From an uncultured Chloroflexia bacterium (GTDB lineage Bacteria > Chloroflexota > Limnocylindria > Limnocylindrales > CSP1-4), in the NCBI GenBank assembly GCA_963819655.1, contig CAWFXA010000002.1, positions 672,001-736,000 of the forward strand: 64,000 nt of DNA. The letters are read 5' to 3'. A model generated the notes under the pieces. That model was not told where the DNA came from, made no database searches, and saw nothing but the letters and a program-made list of their open reading frames with translations. Positions 1 through 10,067 of this stretch are shown in pieces; positions within the stretch are counted from its first letter, which is position 1; each line of letters begins with the position of its first letter. The position numbers were made by a program, and so were the translations under genes.

Positions 1-2
1 AA

Positions 3-892
3 CCCGCCGACGACTCGGCCACGTCCCTCGCTCGCCAGCCCTCCCGCATCGGTCCGACCACCTTCGCCTGGGGCGAACGGACGTTCGTGATGGGCATCCT
101 CAACGTCACGCCCGACTCGTTCTCGGGCGACGGGCTGCTGGGCGCTGCCGACCCGGTCGCGGCGGCCGTGGAGCTGGCACGCCAGATGGTCGACGCGGGG
201 GCCGACCTGCTCGACATCGGCGGCGAATCGACCCGTCCCGGCCACGCCTCGGTGGATGCAGAAGAGGAGATCGGTCGGGTGATCCCGGTCCTCGCCGCGG
301 TCTCGGACGCGCTGCCGGGCACACCGTTGAGCATCGACACCACCAAGGTCGTCGTCGCCGAGGCCGCCTTGGGCGCCGGTGCGGACTGCTCAACGACGTG
401 TGGGGAACCGGCTCGGACCCCGGGCTGGCCGAGCTGGCCGCGAGCGCCGGCGTCCCGCTGCTCGTGATGCACAACAGGGCCGAGGCCCGCTACGACGACG
501 TCGTGCGCGAGGTCGTCGACGATCTCCGGGCTGCCCTTGAGCGAGCCGAGCGTGCCGGTGTCCCGCCGTCCGGTCTCATCGTCGACCCGGGCATCGGGTT
601 CGGGAAGACCGCGGACCACAATGTCGCCGTGCTTCGCCATCTCGGCGCGCTGCGGTCGCTGCGCCGTCCGATCCTGCTCGGCACATCGCGCAAGTCGACG
701 CTTGGAAAGATCCTCGACCTGCCGCCCGAGGACCGACTCGAGGCGACGCTCGCGACCACGGCCCTGGGGATCGCGGCGGGCATCGATATCGTCCGTGTCC
801 ACGACGTCCGGCCGAACGTCCGCGTCGCGCGCGTCAGCGATGCCATCGTCCGCGGTCGATGGCGGAGCGCACCGGAGGGAGGCCCAGCCTGA
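3..892 (+). CDS. folP: Dihydropteroate synthase; 5'-partial, apparent 1-bp frameshift near 386
   Basis: MGILNVTPDSFSGDG and DIGGESTRPG in ORF 87-467; DPGIGFGK, GTSRKS and VRVHDV in ORF 398-892. One added base at gcggac-tgctcaacgac restores ADLLNDVWG. Confidence 0.93.
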   Translation, partial: RRRLGHVPRSPALPHRSDHLRLGRTDVRDGHPQRHARLVLGRRAAGRCRPGRGGRGAGTPDGRRGGRPARHRRRIDPSRPRLGGCRRGDRSGDPGPRRGLGRAAGHTVEHRHHQGRRRRGRLGRRCGLLNDVWGTGSDPGLAELAASAGVPLLVMHNRAEARYDDVVREVVDDLRAALERAERAGVPPSGLIVDPGIGFGKTADHNVAVLRHLGALRSLRRPILLGTSRKSTLGKILDLPPEDRLEATLATTALGIAAGIDIVRVHDVRPNVRVARVSDAIVRGRWRSAPEGGPA

Positions 893-1266
893 GCGATCGG
901 ATCGTCCTCGCGAACATGCGGTTCGAAGGCCGGCACGGCTACTACGATTGGGAGCTGCAGGCGGCCCAGCCGTTCGAGATCGATGTCGAGCTCGTCATGA
1001 ACCTCCAGCCGGCCGGCATCGACGACGACCTGACGAAGACCGTCGACTACGGGCGCGTCTACGAGATCGCGCGCCAGGTCGTCGAAGCGACCTCGTTCCG
1101 GTTGCTCGAGGCGATCGCCGAGGCGATCAGCCACGAGGTGCTCGTCGCATTCGACGTCCAGGAGGTCGGTGTCCGGGTGCGCAAACCGAAGGTCAAGCTG
1201 GGTGGACCGCTCGACTACGCGTCGGTCGAGATCTGGCGCAGGCGAAATCCCCGGGCTGATGGCTAG
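889..1266 (+). CDS. folB: Dihydroneopterin aldolase
   Basis: DRIVL..MRFEGRHG, DDLTKTVDY, LLEAIAE, VRVRKP; directly after folP. Start uncertain (859 ATG, or 889 CTG after GGAGG). Confidence 0.92.
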   Translation: MSDRIVLANMRFEGRHGYYDWELQAAQPFEIDVELVMNLQPAGIDDDLTKTVDYGRVYEIARQVVEATSFRLLEAIAEAISHEVLVAFDVQEVGVRVRKPKVKLGGPLDYASVEIWRRRNPRADG

Positions 1267-1310
1267 CAGGAGCGTCGCCTCAGCCGTCGGAGCGGTCCTC
1301 GCCGGTTCGC

Positions 1311-2690
1311 TTAGCGGTCGGGGCGGGTTCCCAGCGTCAGTTGGACACTTGTCGACTGGCCACCGCGCAGCAGCTCGAGCGTCACGGTGTCGCCGGGGGC
1401 GTACTCGCTGAGCGTCGCATCGAGCGGATGGTCGCCATCGATCGCCTGGTCGTTGACCTTGACGATGATGTCGCCCTCACGGATGCCCGCGTCGTCGGCC
1501 GGGCTGCCGGGGACGACCGCAGGGGTCGGCGAGCCCTGGCTTTCGCCCTGCTGGACGAGTGCCCCCGCGTCGACTGGGAGGTTGTTCGTGTCGGAGAACT
1601 GCTTGTCGAGCGGCCGGTAGACGACCCCCATATACGGTCGCGCGAGCTGCTGGCCGGCGAGGGCCTGCTCCATGATCGGCCGGGCGATGTCGATCGGGAT
1701 CGCGAAGCCGATGCCATTGGAGTCAGCCGCGATGGCGGTATTGATGCCGACCACGTTGGCGGCGGCGTCGAGCAGAGGTCCACCCGAGTTGCCCGGGTTG
1801 ATCGCGGCGTCTGTCTGGATGAGGTTGTTGAGGTTCGTGTTGCCATCCGTCGTGATGGTCCGGCCCTTGGCCGACACGATCCCGCTCGTGACCGAATTCG
1901 AGTACGTGCCGAGCGGGCTGCCGATGGCGACGACGAGCTGACCGACCTTCAGGCTGTTCGACTGCCCGAGCTGGGCGACCGGCAGATCCGTACCCTCCAC
2001 CTTGACGATCGCCAGATCGGTCAGGGTGTCGATGCCATAGACGGTGCCGCGTAGGACCCGACCGTCGTTGAGCTCGACCGACAGCGTGTCGCTGCCCTCG
2101 ACGACGTGGCGGTTCGTGAGGATCCAGCCGCGCGAGTCGTAGATGACGCCCGAGCCCACCCCGGTCTCCGGGATGATGCCGGTCGAGGTGTCGACGCTGC
2201 CGCCGACAGTGATCCGGACGACTGCCGGGCTGGCCTTCGCAGCGACGTTGATCGTGGCCGACGACTCGTCGATCGTCACGGGCTGGTTGTTGGCCCCGAC
2301 GCTCGTGACGTTCGGCGTGGACACGACTGCCGCCGGACGGTCGAGGGCGCCCGATGCGTTGAGGGCGACGACAGTGCCACCGGATGCCAGCGCGGCTGAC
2401 AGGAGCGCGGCACCCAGGACCGTTCCCATCCCGGCCCGACCGGTCCCGGTGCCGCGGACGGCACCTTCGCTCACGGGTGCGGGGGAGACGGCGGAGGCCG
2501 GTTCGTACCAGCGCTCCGGTGTCGGTGGGCTCACCGCATCGTCCTGGCGGGTCCACTCGGGTCGGGCCGTCGCGGGCGGTGTATAGCCCTCGGGATCGCC
2601 GGATGTCCGCATCACGGGCGGCGGGGTCGGTTCGGCAGGCAGCTCGTGGCGCTGCGTGAGTTCAGGGTCGTCGGAGCGGTTGTCGGTCAT
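1311..2690 (-). CDS. htrA: HtrA/DegP-family trypsin-like serine protease with PDZ domain
   Basis: TM helix, ILTNRHVV, DLAIVK, IQTDAAINPGNSGGPL, C-terminal PDZ (GSPADDAGIREGDII). Confidence 0.95.
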   Translation of the reverse strand: MTDNRSDDPELTQRHELPAEPTPPPVMRTSGDPEGYTPPATARPEWTRQDDAVSPPTPERWYEPASAVSPAPVSEGAVRGTGTGRAGMGTVLGAALLSAALASGGTVVALNASGALDRPAAVVSTPNVTSVGANNQPVTIDESSATINVAAKASPAVVRITVGGSVDTSTGIIPETGVGSGVIYDSRGWILTNRHVVEGSDTLSVELNDGRVLRGTVYGIDTLTDLAIVKVEGTDLPVAQLGQSNSLKVGQLVVAIGSPLGTYSNSVTSGIVSAKGRTITTDGNTNLNNLIQTDAAINPGNSGGPLLDAAANVVGINTAIAADSNGIGFAIPIDIARPIMEQALAGQQLARPYMGVVYRPLDKQFSDTNNLPVDAGALVQQGESQGSPTPAVVPGSPADDAGIREGDIIVKVNDQAIDGDHPLDATLSEYAPGDTVTLELLRGGQSTSVQLTLGTRPDR

Positions 2691-2755
2691 CGTCTGCTGG
2701 TTCCTTTGGTCGGTGCCCCCGCCGGTGAGCGGCGAGGAGGCGAGTCCGTCGCTCC

Positions 2756-4465
2756 CTACGGTGCCGAGGCCGGATTCACGTGGGGAGAGTCGGACGGTGA
2801 AGTTTCCGTGATGTTGCGCAGCGCATCCTGAGAGGCGTCTGAGGCCGCCTCCCCTGGATCGGAGGCGCTCGCCGCGGCGATCCGCTCGCTCCCCTCGGCC
2901 GCCGACGCCACGGCCGCCCGCTGGGCGGCAGGCGTGCCCGCCACGCTTCGTGGGTCGCTCGGCAGCCGGACCGTGAACCGGCTGCCGGTCCCGGGTCCGC
3001 TCTCGACCGTCACGGTGCCGCCGTGCATATCGACGATCGATCGGACGATCGCGAGGCCGAGCCCGCTGCCCGAACCCCGCGCCTCGTTGGCCCGGGATCC
3101 GCGATAGAAGCGCTCGAAGATATGGGGCAGCTCGGAGGCGTCGATCCCGACGCCTGTGTCGGTCACGTCGATGCGTGCGCCGTCCGCGGCCGACGCTACC
3201 GACACCCGCACGACCCCTCCGCGCGGCGTGAACTTCACCGCGTTGCCGACGAGGTTGGCGACGACCTGGCCGATCCGCGGCGGATCGTGGCGGATCCTGA
3301 TCGGCGTCGAGGGCAGGTCCAGCTCGACAGTGACTCCGCGACGGGCGGCGAGGGCGTCGTGCTGGTGGGCCGCCGATTCGACGGCTGCCCGCAGATCGTC
3401 CGGTCGCAGGTCGAGCAGGACGAGACCGGAGTCGAGCTTCGAGAGCTCAAGCAGGTTCTGCGCCAGCCAGTCGAGCCGTTCGATCTGACCGGCGCTCGAC
3501 TCCAGGAACTCGGAGCGCGCCTCCGGGTCGTCCCCTGCTGTTTCCATGAGCAGCTGGTTGAACGTCCGGAGCGCCGCCAACGGTGTGCGCAGCTCGTGGG
3601 AGACGTCGGCCAGGAAGTCGCGACTTCGGTCCCGGTCGCGCCGGATGAGCTCGACGCTCTCGGCCAGCCTGTCCGCCATCGTGTTGAACTGCACCGCCAG
3701 CTCGCCGAGCTCGGATGCTCCGGCGCGCAGCTGGGCCGCGGGCACGCGTCGGGTGAGGTCGCCTTCCGCCAGGGCACGGGACGCATCCGTCAGCTGCCGG
3801 ATCGGCGTGGTGAAGCGGCGCGCGAGAGCTGCCGACACGACGACGGCCAGCCCTAGGGCGAACAGGCCGATCGCGGCGAGCAGCCCTGTCACGTTGTTGA
3901 TCGCCGTCGCGCGATACGTGTACGGGTCCGCCAGCGTGACTTCGATCGTGTATCGCCGGTTTTCCGGGCCGCCCGCCACGAAGTCGCTGACCGACGTGCG
4001 CTCACGTGCCTGCCCGGCGTCGGGCGGGGCCTGGCGTGGCAGGAACACCGTGCCGTTCGACGCCGGCTGGAACTGGGTTTGTTCGTCGGGGACCGTCACG
4101 GTGGTCCCGATCCGGACGATGACATCGGCTTGAGCGATCTGGTCGGCGATCAGGTCACGGAGCCCATCGTCCTCCAACCCGATCAGCACGCGTTCGGCGA
4201 CGAAACCATCCCTATCGATGACCGGCAACCCTCGCGACGCGGCCGACGTGGTCAACTTGACGAACGTGCTGACGGTCGTCAGCCGCTCCTTGAGGTCGGC
4301 CTCCTGCTGACGCGTGAAGTAGTCGTCGAGCCGATTCACGACGAAGATCGACACCAGGGCGAGCGTCAGCGCGATGACGGTCACGAAAGCGACGCTCAAG
4401 CGAGCCTGGAACGTCCGCGGCTTCAACCGCCGCAGCCAGCGCAGCCAGGTGAACCGCCTGTGCAC
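2756..4465 (-). CDS. HAMP-domain sensor histidine kinase
   Basis: Two TM helices, HAMP, H-box SHELRTPL, N-box NAVKFT, DTGVGI, GSGLGL. Confidence 0.95.
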   Translation of the reverse strand: MHRRFTWLRWLRRLKPRTFQARLSVAFVTVIALTLALVSIFVVNRLDDYFTRQQEADLKERLTTVSTFVKLTTSAASRGLPVIDRDGFVAERVLIGLEDDGLRDLIADQIAQADVIVRIGTTVTVPDEQTQFQPASNGTVFLPRQAPPDAGQARERTSVSDFVAGGPENRRYTIEVTLADPYTYRATAINNVTGLLAAIGLFALGLAVVVSAALARRFTTPIRQLTDASRALAEGDLTRRVPAAQLRAGASELGELAVQFNTMADRLAESVELIRRDRDRSRDFLADVSHELRTPLAALRTFNQLLMETAGDDPEARSEFLESSAGQIERLDWLAQNLLELSKLDSGLVLLDLRPDDLRAAVESAAHQHDALAARRGVTVELDLPSTPIRIRHDPPRIGQVVANLVGNAVKFTPRGGVVRVSVASAADGARIDVTDTGVGIDASELPHIFERFYRGSRANEARGSGSGLGLAIVRSIVDMHGGTVTVESGPGTGSRFTVRLPSDPRSVAGTPAAQRAAVASAAEGSERIAAASASDPGEAASDASQDALRNITETSPSDSPHVNPASAP

Positions 4466-4473
4466 CGGCTAGC

Positions 4474-5172
4474 TCAACGTTCCGCGAAGGCGTATCCGAC
4501 GCCCCGCACGGTCAGGACGAATGCGGGCGTCGTCGGGTCGTCCTCGATCTTCTCCCGAAGATGGCTGACATGGACGTTGATCGTCTTCTCGTCCTGGTCG
4601 AGCGCCTCGTAATCGCGCAGCAGCTCGAGCAACTCGCCACGCGTGTACACCCTCCCCGGGCGCGAAGCGAGGTGGCGGAGGATCTCGAATTCGGTCGGCG
4701 TCAGACTGATCCGGCGCGCTCCGCGCTGGACACGCCGCCGCTCGAGGTCGATCACGAGATCGCGGTGACGGAGGACGCGACCGCCGGCGGCATCGGCGAG
4801 ATCGCCGTACGACCGTCGCAGCAGTGCCTTGATCCGGCTGAGCAGCTCGCGCAGGCTGTACGGCTTGGTGAGGTAGTCGTCGGCGCCCATCTCGAGCCCG
4901 ATGACCTTGTCGACCTCGTCGTCACGCGCGGTGAGCACGAGGATCGGCATCTTGGCGCCGGCCGCGCGGACGCGCCGGAGGACCTCGAAGCCGTCGATGC
5001 CGGGCAACCGCACATCGAGCACGACCAGGTCGGGAGCCTCGCGCGTCGCGATATCGAGGCCCTCCTCGCCGGATCGAGCCACACCGACGTCGTAGCCCTC
5101 TTGCTGCAGGGCGTACTGGATGCCGCGCGCAACGGCGTGCTCGTCCTCGACGATGAGAATGGTGGCTGCCAC
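4474..5172 (-). CDS. OmpR/PhoB-family response regulator
   Basis: ILIVEDE, LDVRLPGIDG, GADDYLTKPY, winged-helix end TVRGVGY. Confidence 0.96.
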   Translation of the reverse strand: MAATILIVEDEHAVARGIQYALQQEGYDVGVARSGEEGLDIATREAPDLVVLDVRLPGIDGFEVLRRVRAAGAKMPILVLTARDDEVDKVIGLEMGADDYLTKPYSLRELLSRIKALLRRSYGDLADAAGGRVLRHRDLVIDLERRRVQRGARRISLTPTEFEILRHLASRPGRVYTRGELLELLRDYEALDQDEKTINVHVSHLREKIEDDPTTPAFVLTVRGVGYAFAER

Positions 5173-5349
5173 GCGGCGATGCTATACCCGGGCCCAGATT
5201 CAGGCCCGCCGCAGGAGGTGTGCCGCCCACCGGCGCCCTCATGCGGCGGGCCCTTGTGGTATCTTGCGCAGCGCTCCGGGCGCCTCGCTCCACCGGCGAG
5301 CCGCGGCCCGTGGTCCGCACGAACGAAACACCACCCGAGGTCCGACCCA

Positions 5350-6042
5350 ATGGCAACCGCCCGCCCGACGCTGGCCGCCGAGCACCGCGAGGTGACCGGC
5401 AAGGCCGTCTCACGACTTCGCAAGGACGGCCGCCTCCCGGCCGTCGTCTACGGACACGGCGTGGAATCGACCAACGTCTCGATCGATGCCCACGACTTCG
5501 ACCAGCTGCGCAAGCATGCGGGGCCGAACGCCCTCATCGACCTGTCGGTCGACGGGAAAGCGGCGAACCCGGTCCTCATCAACGGGGTGCAGATCCATCC
5601 CGTCCACCGCCGGCCGCTGCATGCCGACCTGTTCCTGGTGCGGATGACCGAGGAGCTCATCGTCGACGTGCCGCTCGTTGCCACCGGTGAGTCGTACGCG
5701 GTCACGCAGCTGAACGGGACCCTCCTGCACCCGACCGAGACGGTCCGGGTGAAGGCCCTACCGGATCACCTGCCCCAGTCGATCGAGTACTCGGTCGAGT
5801 CGCTCGCCGACTTCGACGCGACGATCCACGTGCGCGACCTGCAGATCCCTTCGGACGTGACGCTCCTGACCGACGCTGACGAGATCATCGCCAAGGTCCA
5901 GGCGCCGCGGATCGAGATCGAGGAAGAGCCCGTCGTCGCCGAGGGCGAAGAGGCCGAGGGCGAGGAGGCCGAGGGCGAGGGCGCCGACGGCGAAGCCCCC
6001 TCCGGCGAGGCGCCGGCTGCGGCAGACACCAACGAGGGCTGA
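5350..6042 (+). CDS. rplY: 50S ribosomal protein L25 / general stress protein Ctc
   Basis: GKAVSRLRKDGRLPAVVYGHG, QIHPV...HADL, LPDHLPQSIE, acidic tail. Confidence 0.95.
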   Translation: MATARPTLAAEHREVTGKAVSRLRKDGRLPAVVYGHGVESTNVSIDAHDFDQLRKHAGPNALIDLSVDGKAANPVLINGVQIHPVHRRPLHADLFLVRMTEELIVDVPLVATGESYAVTQLNGTLLHPTETVRVKALPDHLPQSIEYSVESLADFDATIHVRDLQIPSDVTLLTDADEIIAKVQAPRIEIEEEPVVAEGEEAEGEEAEGEGADGEAPSGEAPAAADTNEG

Positions 6043-6187
6043 GCGCTCAAACGTTTAGTCGCCGTCCTTCGAGTTCAGCGGGAAGGCGAGCGACTGATCG
6101 TGATAGCCGGCACATCACGGTCCGCGCTGGGACCAGGCTTGGGCCGAACGGCCGAATCAGGACGCGGGCCTACAGCCAGAAGGGACT

Positions 6188-6385
6188 TGCATCTGATGCA
6201 ACCAAGGTCGCTCGACGCGGTCGCCAGATGCCAGATGTGGTCCGATTCGTGCATCTGACGCAACTTCTCGGCGATCGATCCGCGAATCGCTGCGTCAAAC
6301 GCAAGCAACCGACCCGCTCAGTGTGCTGATTGGCGCTTACGTGCATCTGATGCAACCGGCAGCCGGAGATGCAGCATCAGACGCA
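6188..6385. repeat. Five copies of a near-palindromic 13-mer TGCATCWGAYGCA
   Basis: Copies start at 6188, 6250, 6291 (degenerate), 6342 and 6373 in the rplY-moxR intergenic region. Confidence 0.7.
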
Positions 6386-6540
6386 GGCGTCCGACCAGCT
6401 CACCGCGGCCACGACGCGCCGCCTCCTGACGCCCCGGTTCTCATGACGCTCTCAGCCACGGTCCGGACGATGCCCTGCGACGGAGGGACATCGACCAGAA
6501 CGTAGCGACGGTTCCGAGCCCACGGACCGCGAGGGCTCCT

Positions 6541-7557
6541 ATGAACGACACCCGTGTGCTCCATCCGGTAGACGACCCCCTGGACGGCCGGACGGCCAGT
6601 GAGGCCGTCCTTTTCGAGATCAGACGAGTCATCGTCGGCCAGGATGCGATGCTCGAGCGCGTCCTGATCGCGCTCCTCGCCGGCGGCCACCTCCTGCTGG
6701 AGGGCGTGCCCGGCCTCGCCAAGACGCTGACCGTCAAGACGCTGGCCGACGTCCTTGATGCGAGCTTCCAGCGCATCCAGTTCACGCCCGACCTCGTGCC
6801 GGCCGACCTCATCGGCACGCGCATCTTCCGACCCGACCGAAGCTCGTTCGAGACCGAACGCGGACCGGTCTTCTGCAACTTCCTGCTCGCGGACGAGATC
6901 AATCGGGCACCCGCCAAGGTCCAGTCGGCGCTGCTCGAGGTCATGCAGGAGCGGCAGGTCACGATCGGCCCGGAGACCTTCCCCGTGCCCCGGCCGTTCC
7001 TCGTGATGGCCACCCAGAACCCGATCGAATCCGAGGGCACCTACCCGCTGCCCGAGGCGCAGGTCGACCGATTCATGATGAAGGTGCGGGTCGATTACCC
7101 GACGCCCGGCGAGGAGGCCGTGGTCGTGGAGCGCTCGCTCCGCGCCGCCGCCGAGCTCGTGCCGATCCTGACCGCCGAGATGCTGGCACGACTGCAGGCG
7201 CTGACCGCCGACGTCTACGTCGACCGAGCGGTGATCGACTATGCGGTCGCCCTGGCCGGCGCGACCCGCGCCCCCTCCTTGGTCGGGCTGCCGAACGTGG
7301 CCCCCTTCATCGCCTACGGTGCCAGCCCGCGCGGGTCGATCTACCTCATCCATGCGGCCCGGGCTCTAGCGGTCGTGCGCGGGCGTCGCTACGTCCTGCC
7401 GTCCGACGTGACGGAGCTCGCGCCGGACGTCCTGCGCCATCGCATCGTGCCGAGCTTCACCGCGCTGGCAGAGGAGGTCTCGGCCGACATGATCCTCGAC
7501 CGCATCCTGCCGGCCGTCCCAATGCCCGACCTGGTCGCGACGGAGGAGACGGCATGA
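6541..7557 (+). CDS. moxR: MoxR-family AAA+ ATPase
   Basis: LLEGVPGLAKT, RIQFTPDLVPAD, LADEINRAPAKVQSALLE, ATQNPIESEGTYPLPEAQVDRF. Confidence 0.96.
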   Translation: MNDTRVLHPVDDPLDGRTASEAVLFEIRRVIVGQDAMLERVLIALLAGGHLLLEGVPGLAKTLTVKTLADVLDASFQRIQFTPDLVPADLIGTRIFRPDRSSFETERGPVFCNFLLADEINRAPAKVQSALLEVMQERQVTIGPETFPVPRPFLVMATQNPIESEGTYPLPEAQVDRFMMKVRVDYPTPGEEAVVVERSLRAAAELVPILTAEMLARLQALTADVYVDRAVIDYAVALAGATRAPSLVGLPNVAPFIAYGASPRGSIYLIHAARALAVVRGRRYVLPSDVTELAPDVLRHRIVPSFTALAEEVSADMILDRILPAVPMPDLVATEETA

Positions 7558-8474
7558 CGGCCGTGCGACCCGCCGCGCAACCGGGCCCCGGCCCCACCCC
7601 CGTCGCCATGCTGCGAGCGCTCGACCTGACGATCGGTCGACGCATCCGCGGCCTGCTGCCGGGTGATTTCCGGGCCCACGACCTCGGTGGAGGTCTCGAG
7701 CTGGCCCAGGTCCGGCCCTACCAGCCCGGAGACGATGTCCGCCGCATCGACTGGAACGCGACTGCGCGGACGACGATCCCGCATGTCCGCGTCCACGTCC
7801 CGGAGCGGGCGCTCACGAGCTGGCTGGTCCTCGACGTCTCGGCGTCCATGGCGTTCGGCACGGCGCTCCGGCGCAAGGCCGACGTGGCAGAAGGGGTCGC
7901 GATCGCGGCCGCGCATCTCGCCACGCAACGCGGGAACCGCCTCGGGATCGTGACGTTCGGCGGACCGGTCGACCGGCGCCTGGCCCCGACCGGCGGCCGC
8001 GACGGCGTCCTCTCGGCCCTCCTCCTCGCCCGCCAGGACATCGACCTGGACGTGCCCGCAGGCGCCGTTCAGTCGCCGGCGGCAGCGCTGCGCTTGGTCG
8101 CGGCTGCCGCCAGGCGCGGCGGACTCGTGGTCATCGTGTCCGACTTCCGCGGTCCCCGCGATTGGCTGCGCCCGCTGGCGGCGGTCGCGGCACGGCATCA
8201 GCTCCTGGCGATCGAGATCGCCGACCCGCGTGAGGGCGATCTGCCGGATGTCGGCGACCTGACGCTGATCGACGCAGAGACCGGCCGCGAGGTGCGGGTC
8301 GACACGTCGTCGGCGCTCCTCCGCGAGCGGTTCGCCGCCGCGGCCGCCGATGAACGTCGGTCGCTCGCGCGCGAGCTCCGGCGACTGGGTGTCGGCCACG
8401 TCACCCTGTCCACCGCGACGAGCTGGCTGGACAGCCTCGCGGGGCAGTTGCGCATCCTGGGGCGGGCGTCATGA
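7554..8474 (+). CDS. DUF58 domain protein
   Basis: VRPYQPGDDVRRIDWNATAR, LDVSASM; overlaps the moxR stop. Confidence 0.92.
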   Translation: MTAVRPAAQPGPGPTPVAMLRALDLTIGRRIRGLLPGDFRAHDLGGGLELAQVRPYQPGDDVRRIDWNATARTTIPHVRVHVPERALTSWLVLDVSASMAFGTALRRKADVAEGVAIAAAHLATQRGNRLGIVTFGGPVDRRLAPTGGRDGVLSALLLARQDIDLDVPAGAVQSPAAALRLVAAAARRGGLVVIVSDFRGPRDWLRPLAAVAARHQLLAIEIADPREGDLPDVGDLTLIDAETGREVRVDTSSALLRERFAAAAADERRSLARELRRLGVGHVTLSTATSWLDSLAGQLRILGRAS

Positions 8475-9532
8475 GCTTCGCGTCGCCCGTGCTGCTCCTC
8501 GCCCTGCTGCTGGTCCCGCTCGCGATCGCCGGGTATCTCGTCGTCCAGCGGCGGCGAGCGCGGTACGCCGTGCGCTTCACGAACGTCGACCTGCTATCCA
8601 ATCTGGTGCCACGAACCCCGGCCTGGCGCCGCCATGTTCCGCCGGCGCTCTACGTGCTGGCGCTCGCGGCGCTCGTCATCGGGCTCGCCAGGCCGTCGGC
8701 GATGCTGGCGGTCTCGCGTGAGGATGCGACGATCGTCCTGACGATGGACGTCTCGGGCTCGATGCTCGCGACCGATGTCGCCCCATCCCGCCTCGACAGC
8801 GCGAAGCAGGCCGCTTCCGCGTTCATCGACCAGCTGCCGGCCACGTTCCGGGTCGGGCTCGTCACGTTCGGCACGGCGGCCCAAGTGGCCGTCTCCCCGA
8901 CGACCGATCGAGCGGAGGTGCGCTCCGCACTCGATGCTCTTCAGGCGGACGGCGGGACAGCCCTTGGCGACGCGATCGGGCTGTCGCTGGGGATGGCGCA
9001 GGACGTGATCGACGCGGCCGCGAACTCGGCCGCCGACCCGGGTGCGGGCTCGCCCAGCCCCTCGTCGTCGCCGCCGTCGGCCGGCTCGTCGCCCGATCCG
9101 TCGGCGCCGGCCGGTGCGGCCGAGCCGCCGTTGGTCGCGACCGTGCTCCTGTCCGATGGTGCGAACTCGACGGGCCGGCTCGAACCGGCCGAGGCGGCAC
9201 GCGCCGCCGCGGCCGCCGGGATGCCGGTCTACACGATCGCGCTCGGCACCGCGACGGGCGTCGTGACGGTGACCGACGAGTTCGGTGTGCCGCACACGGT
9301 CGAGGTCCCGCCGGACACCGACACGCTCGCCGCGATCGCCGAAACGACCGGTGCGCGCTCGTTCGAGGCGCCAACAGCCGACGATCTCCAGCAGATCTAC
9401 GAGAGCCTCGGTTCACGCGTCGGCGTTCGCTACGAGGCCCAGGAGATCACCCAGTGGTTCGCCGCCGCTGGCCTGATCCTGATGGTCGCCGGCGCCGGTC
9501 TCGCCGCCCACTGGTTCAACCGGTTCCCATGA
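8471..9532 (+). CDS. VWA-domain membrane protein (BatA-like)
   Basis: N-terminal BatA-type TM segment, MIDAS DVSGSM, GGTALGDAI, LLSDG, C-terminal TM. Confidence 0.92.
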   Translation: MSFASPVLLLALLLVPLAIAGYLVVQRRRARYAVRFTNVDLLSNLVPRTPAWRRHVPPALYVLALAALVIGLARPSAMLAVSREDATIVLTMDVSGSMLATDVAPSRLDSAKQAASAFIDQLPATFRVGLVTFGTAAQVAVSPTTDRAEVRSALDALQADGGTALGDAIGLSLGMAQDVIDAAANSAADPGAGSPSPSSSPPSAGSSPDPSAPAGAAEPPLVATVLLSDGANSTGRLEPAEAARAAAAAGMPVYTIALGTATGVVTVTDEFGVPHTVEVPPDTDTLAAIAETTGARSFEAPTADDLQQIYESLGSRVGVRYEAQEITQWFAAAGLILMVAGAGLAAHWFNRFP

Positions 9533-9619
9533 CCGACACGCACGCCCGGACCGAGGTTGCGATGGCCTGACCCGTGTTGTGCCCCCAGCCACACGACCTA
9601 CCACTGACAGGAGACGCAC

Positions 9620-10021
9620 ATGCAATGGGATGACCAGCCGACGGGCGGGACGGAGACGCCCCAGCCCGTGGCGAACACTACGACGACCTCTCCGGCGACG
9701 GCTCCGAACCCGTTCCGTCGGACCCTTCTCACCGCCGGGATGGCGGCAGCACTGCTCGTCGCCGGCGGTGCCGCGGTCGTTGCGGCCGCCAGCCCGGATC
9801 CGTCGACCAGCCCGGCGCCGGGAGCGAGCGGGCAGCCCTCGACCGATGGGTCGACGGACTCCTCGCGAGGTGAACGGCTCCGCGACGGCCAGCCGTGCGA
9901 CGAGTCCAGCGGTGGTTCCGGCGGTTCGGGTGGCTCCGGCGGCTCGGATGGCGGCCAGACCCCGGACCCGTCGCCCGACACCCCGGACCCGTCGCCGAGC
10001 ACGCCTGCCCCGGTGACCTAG
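9620..10021 (+). CDS. Small secreted or membrane-anchored low-complexity protein
   Basis: AGGAG RBS; hydrophobic stretch AALLVAGGAAVVAAA; G/S/P-rich tail. Confidence 0.6.
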   Translation: MQWDDQPTGGTETPQPVANTTTTSPATAPNPFRRTLLTAGMAAALLVAGGAAVVAAASPDPSTSPAPGASGQPSTDGSTDSSRGERLRDGQPCDESSGGSGGSGGSGGSDGGQTPDPSPDTPDPSPSTPAPVT

Positions 10022-10067
10022 GCGGAGCCCCACGACTCGAGCGGCCGGCATCCCACTGGCCGCTCGA

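Noticed and set aside
6075-6308. 77-aa minus-strand ORF in the rplY-moxR gap
   Set aside because: No RBS or recognisable motif; it overlaps the palindrome cluster, which explains the region better.
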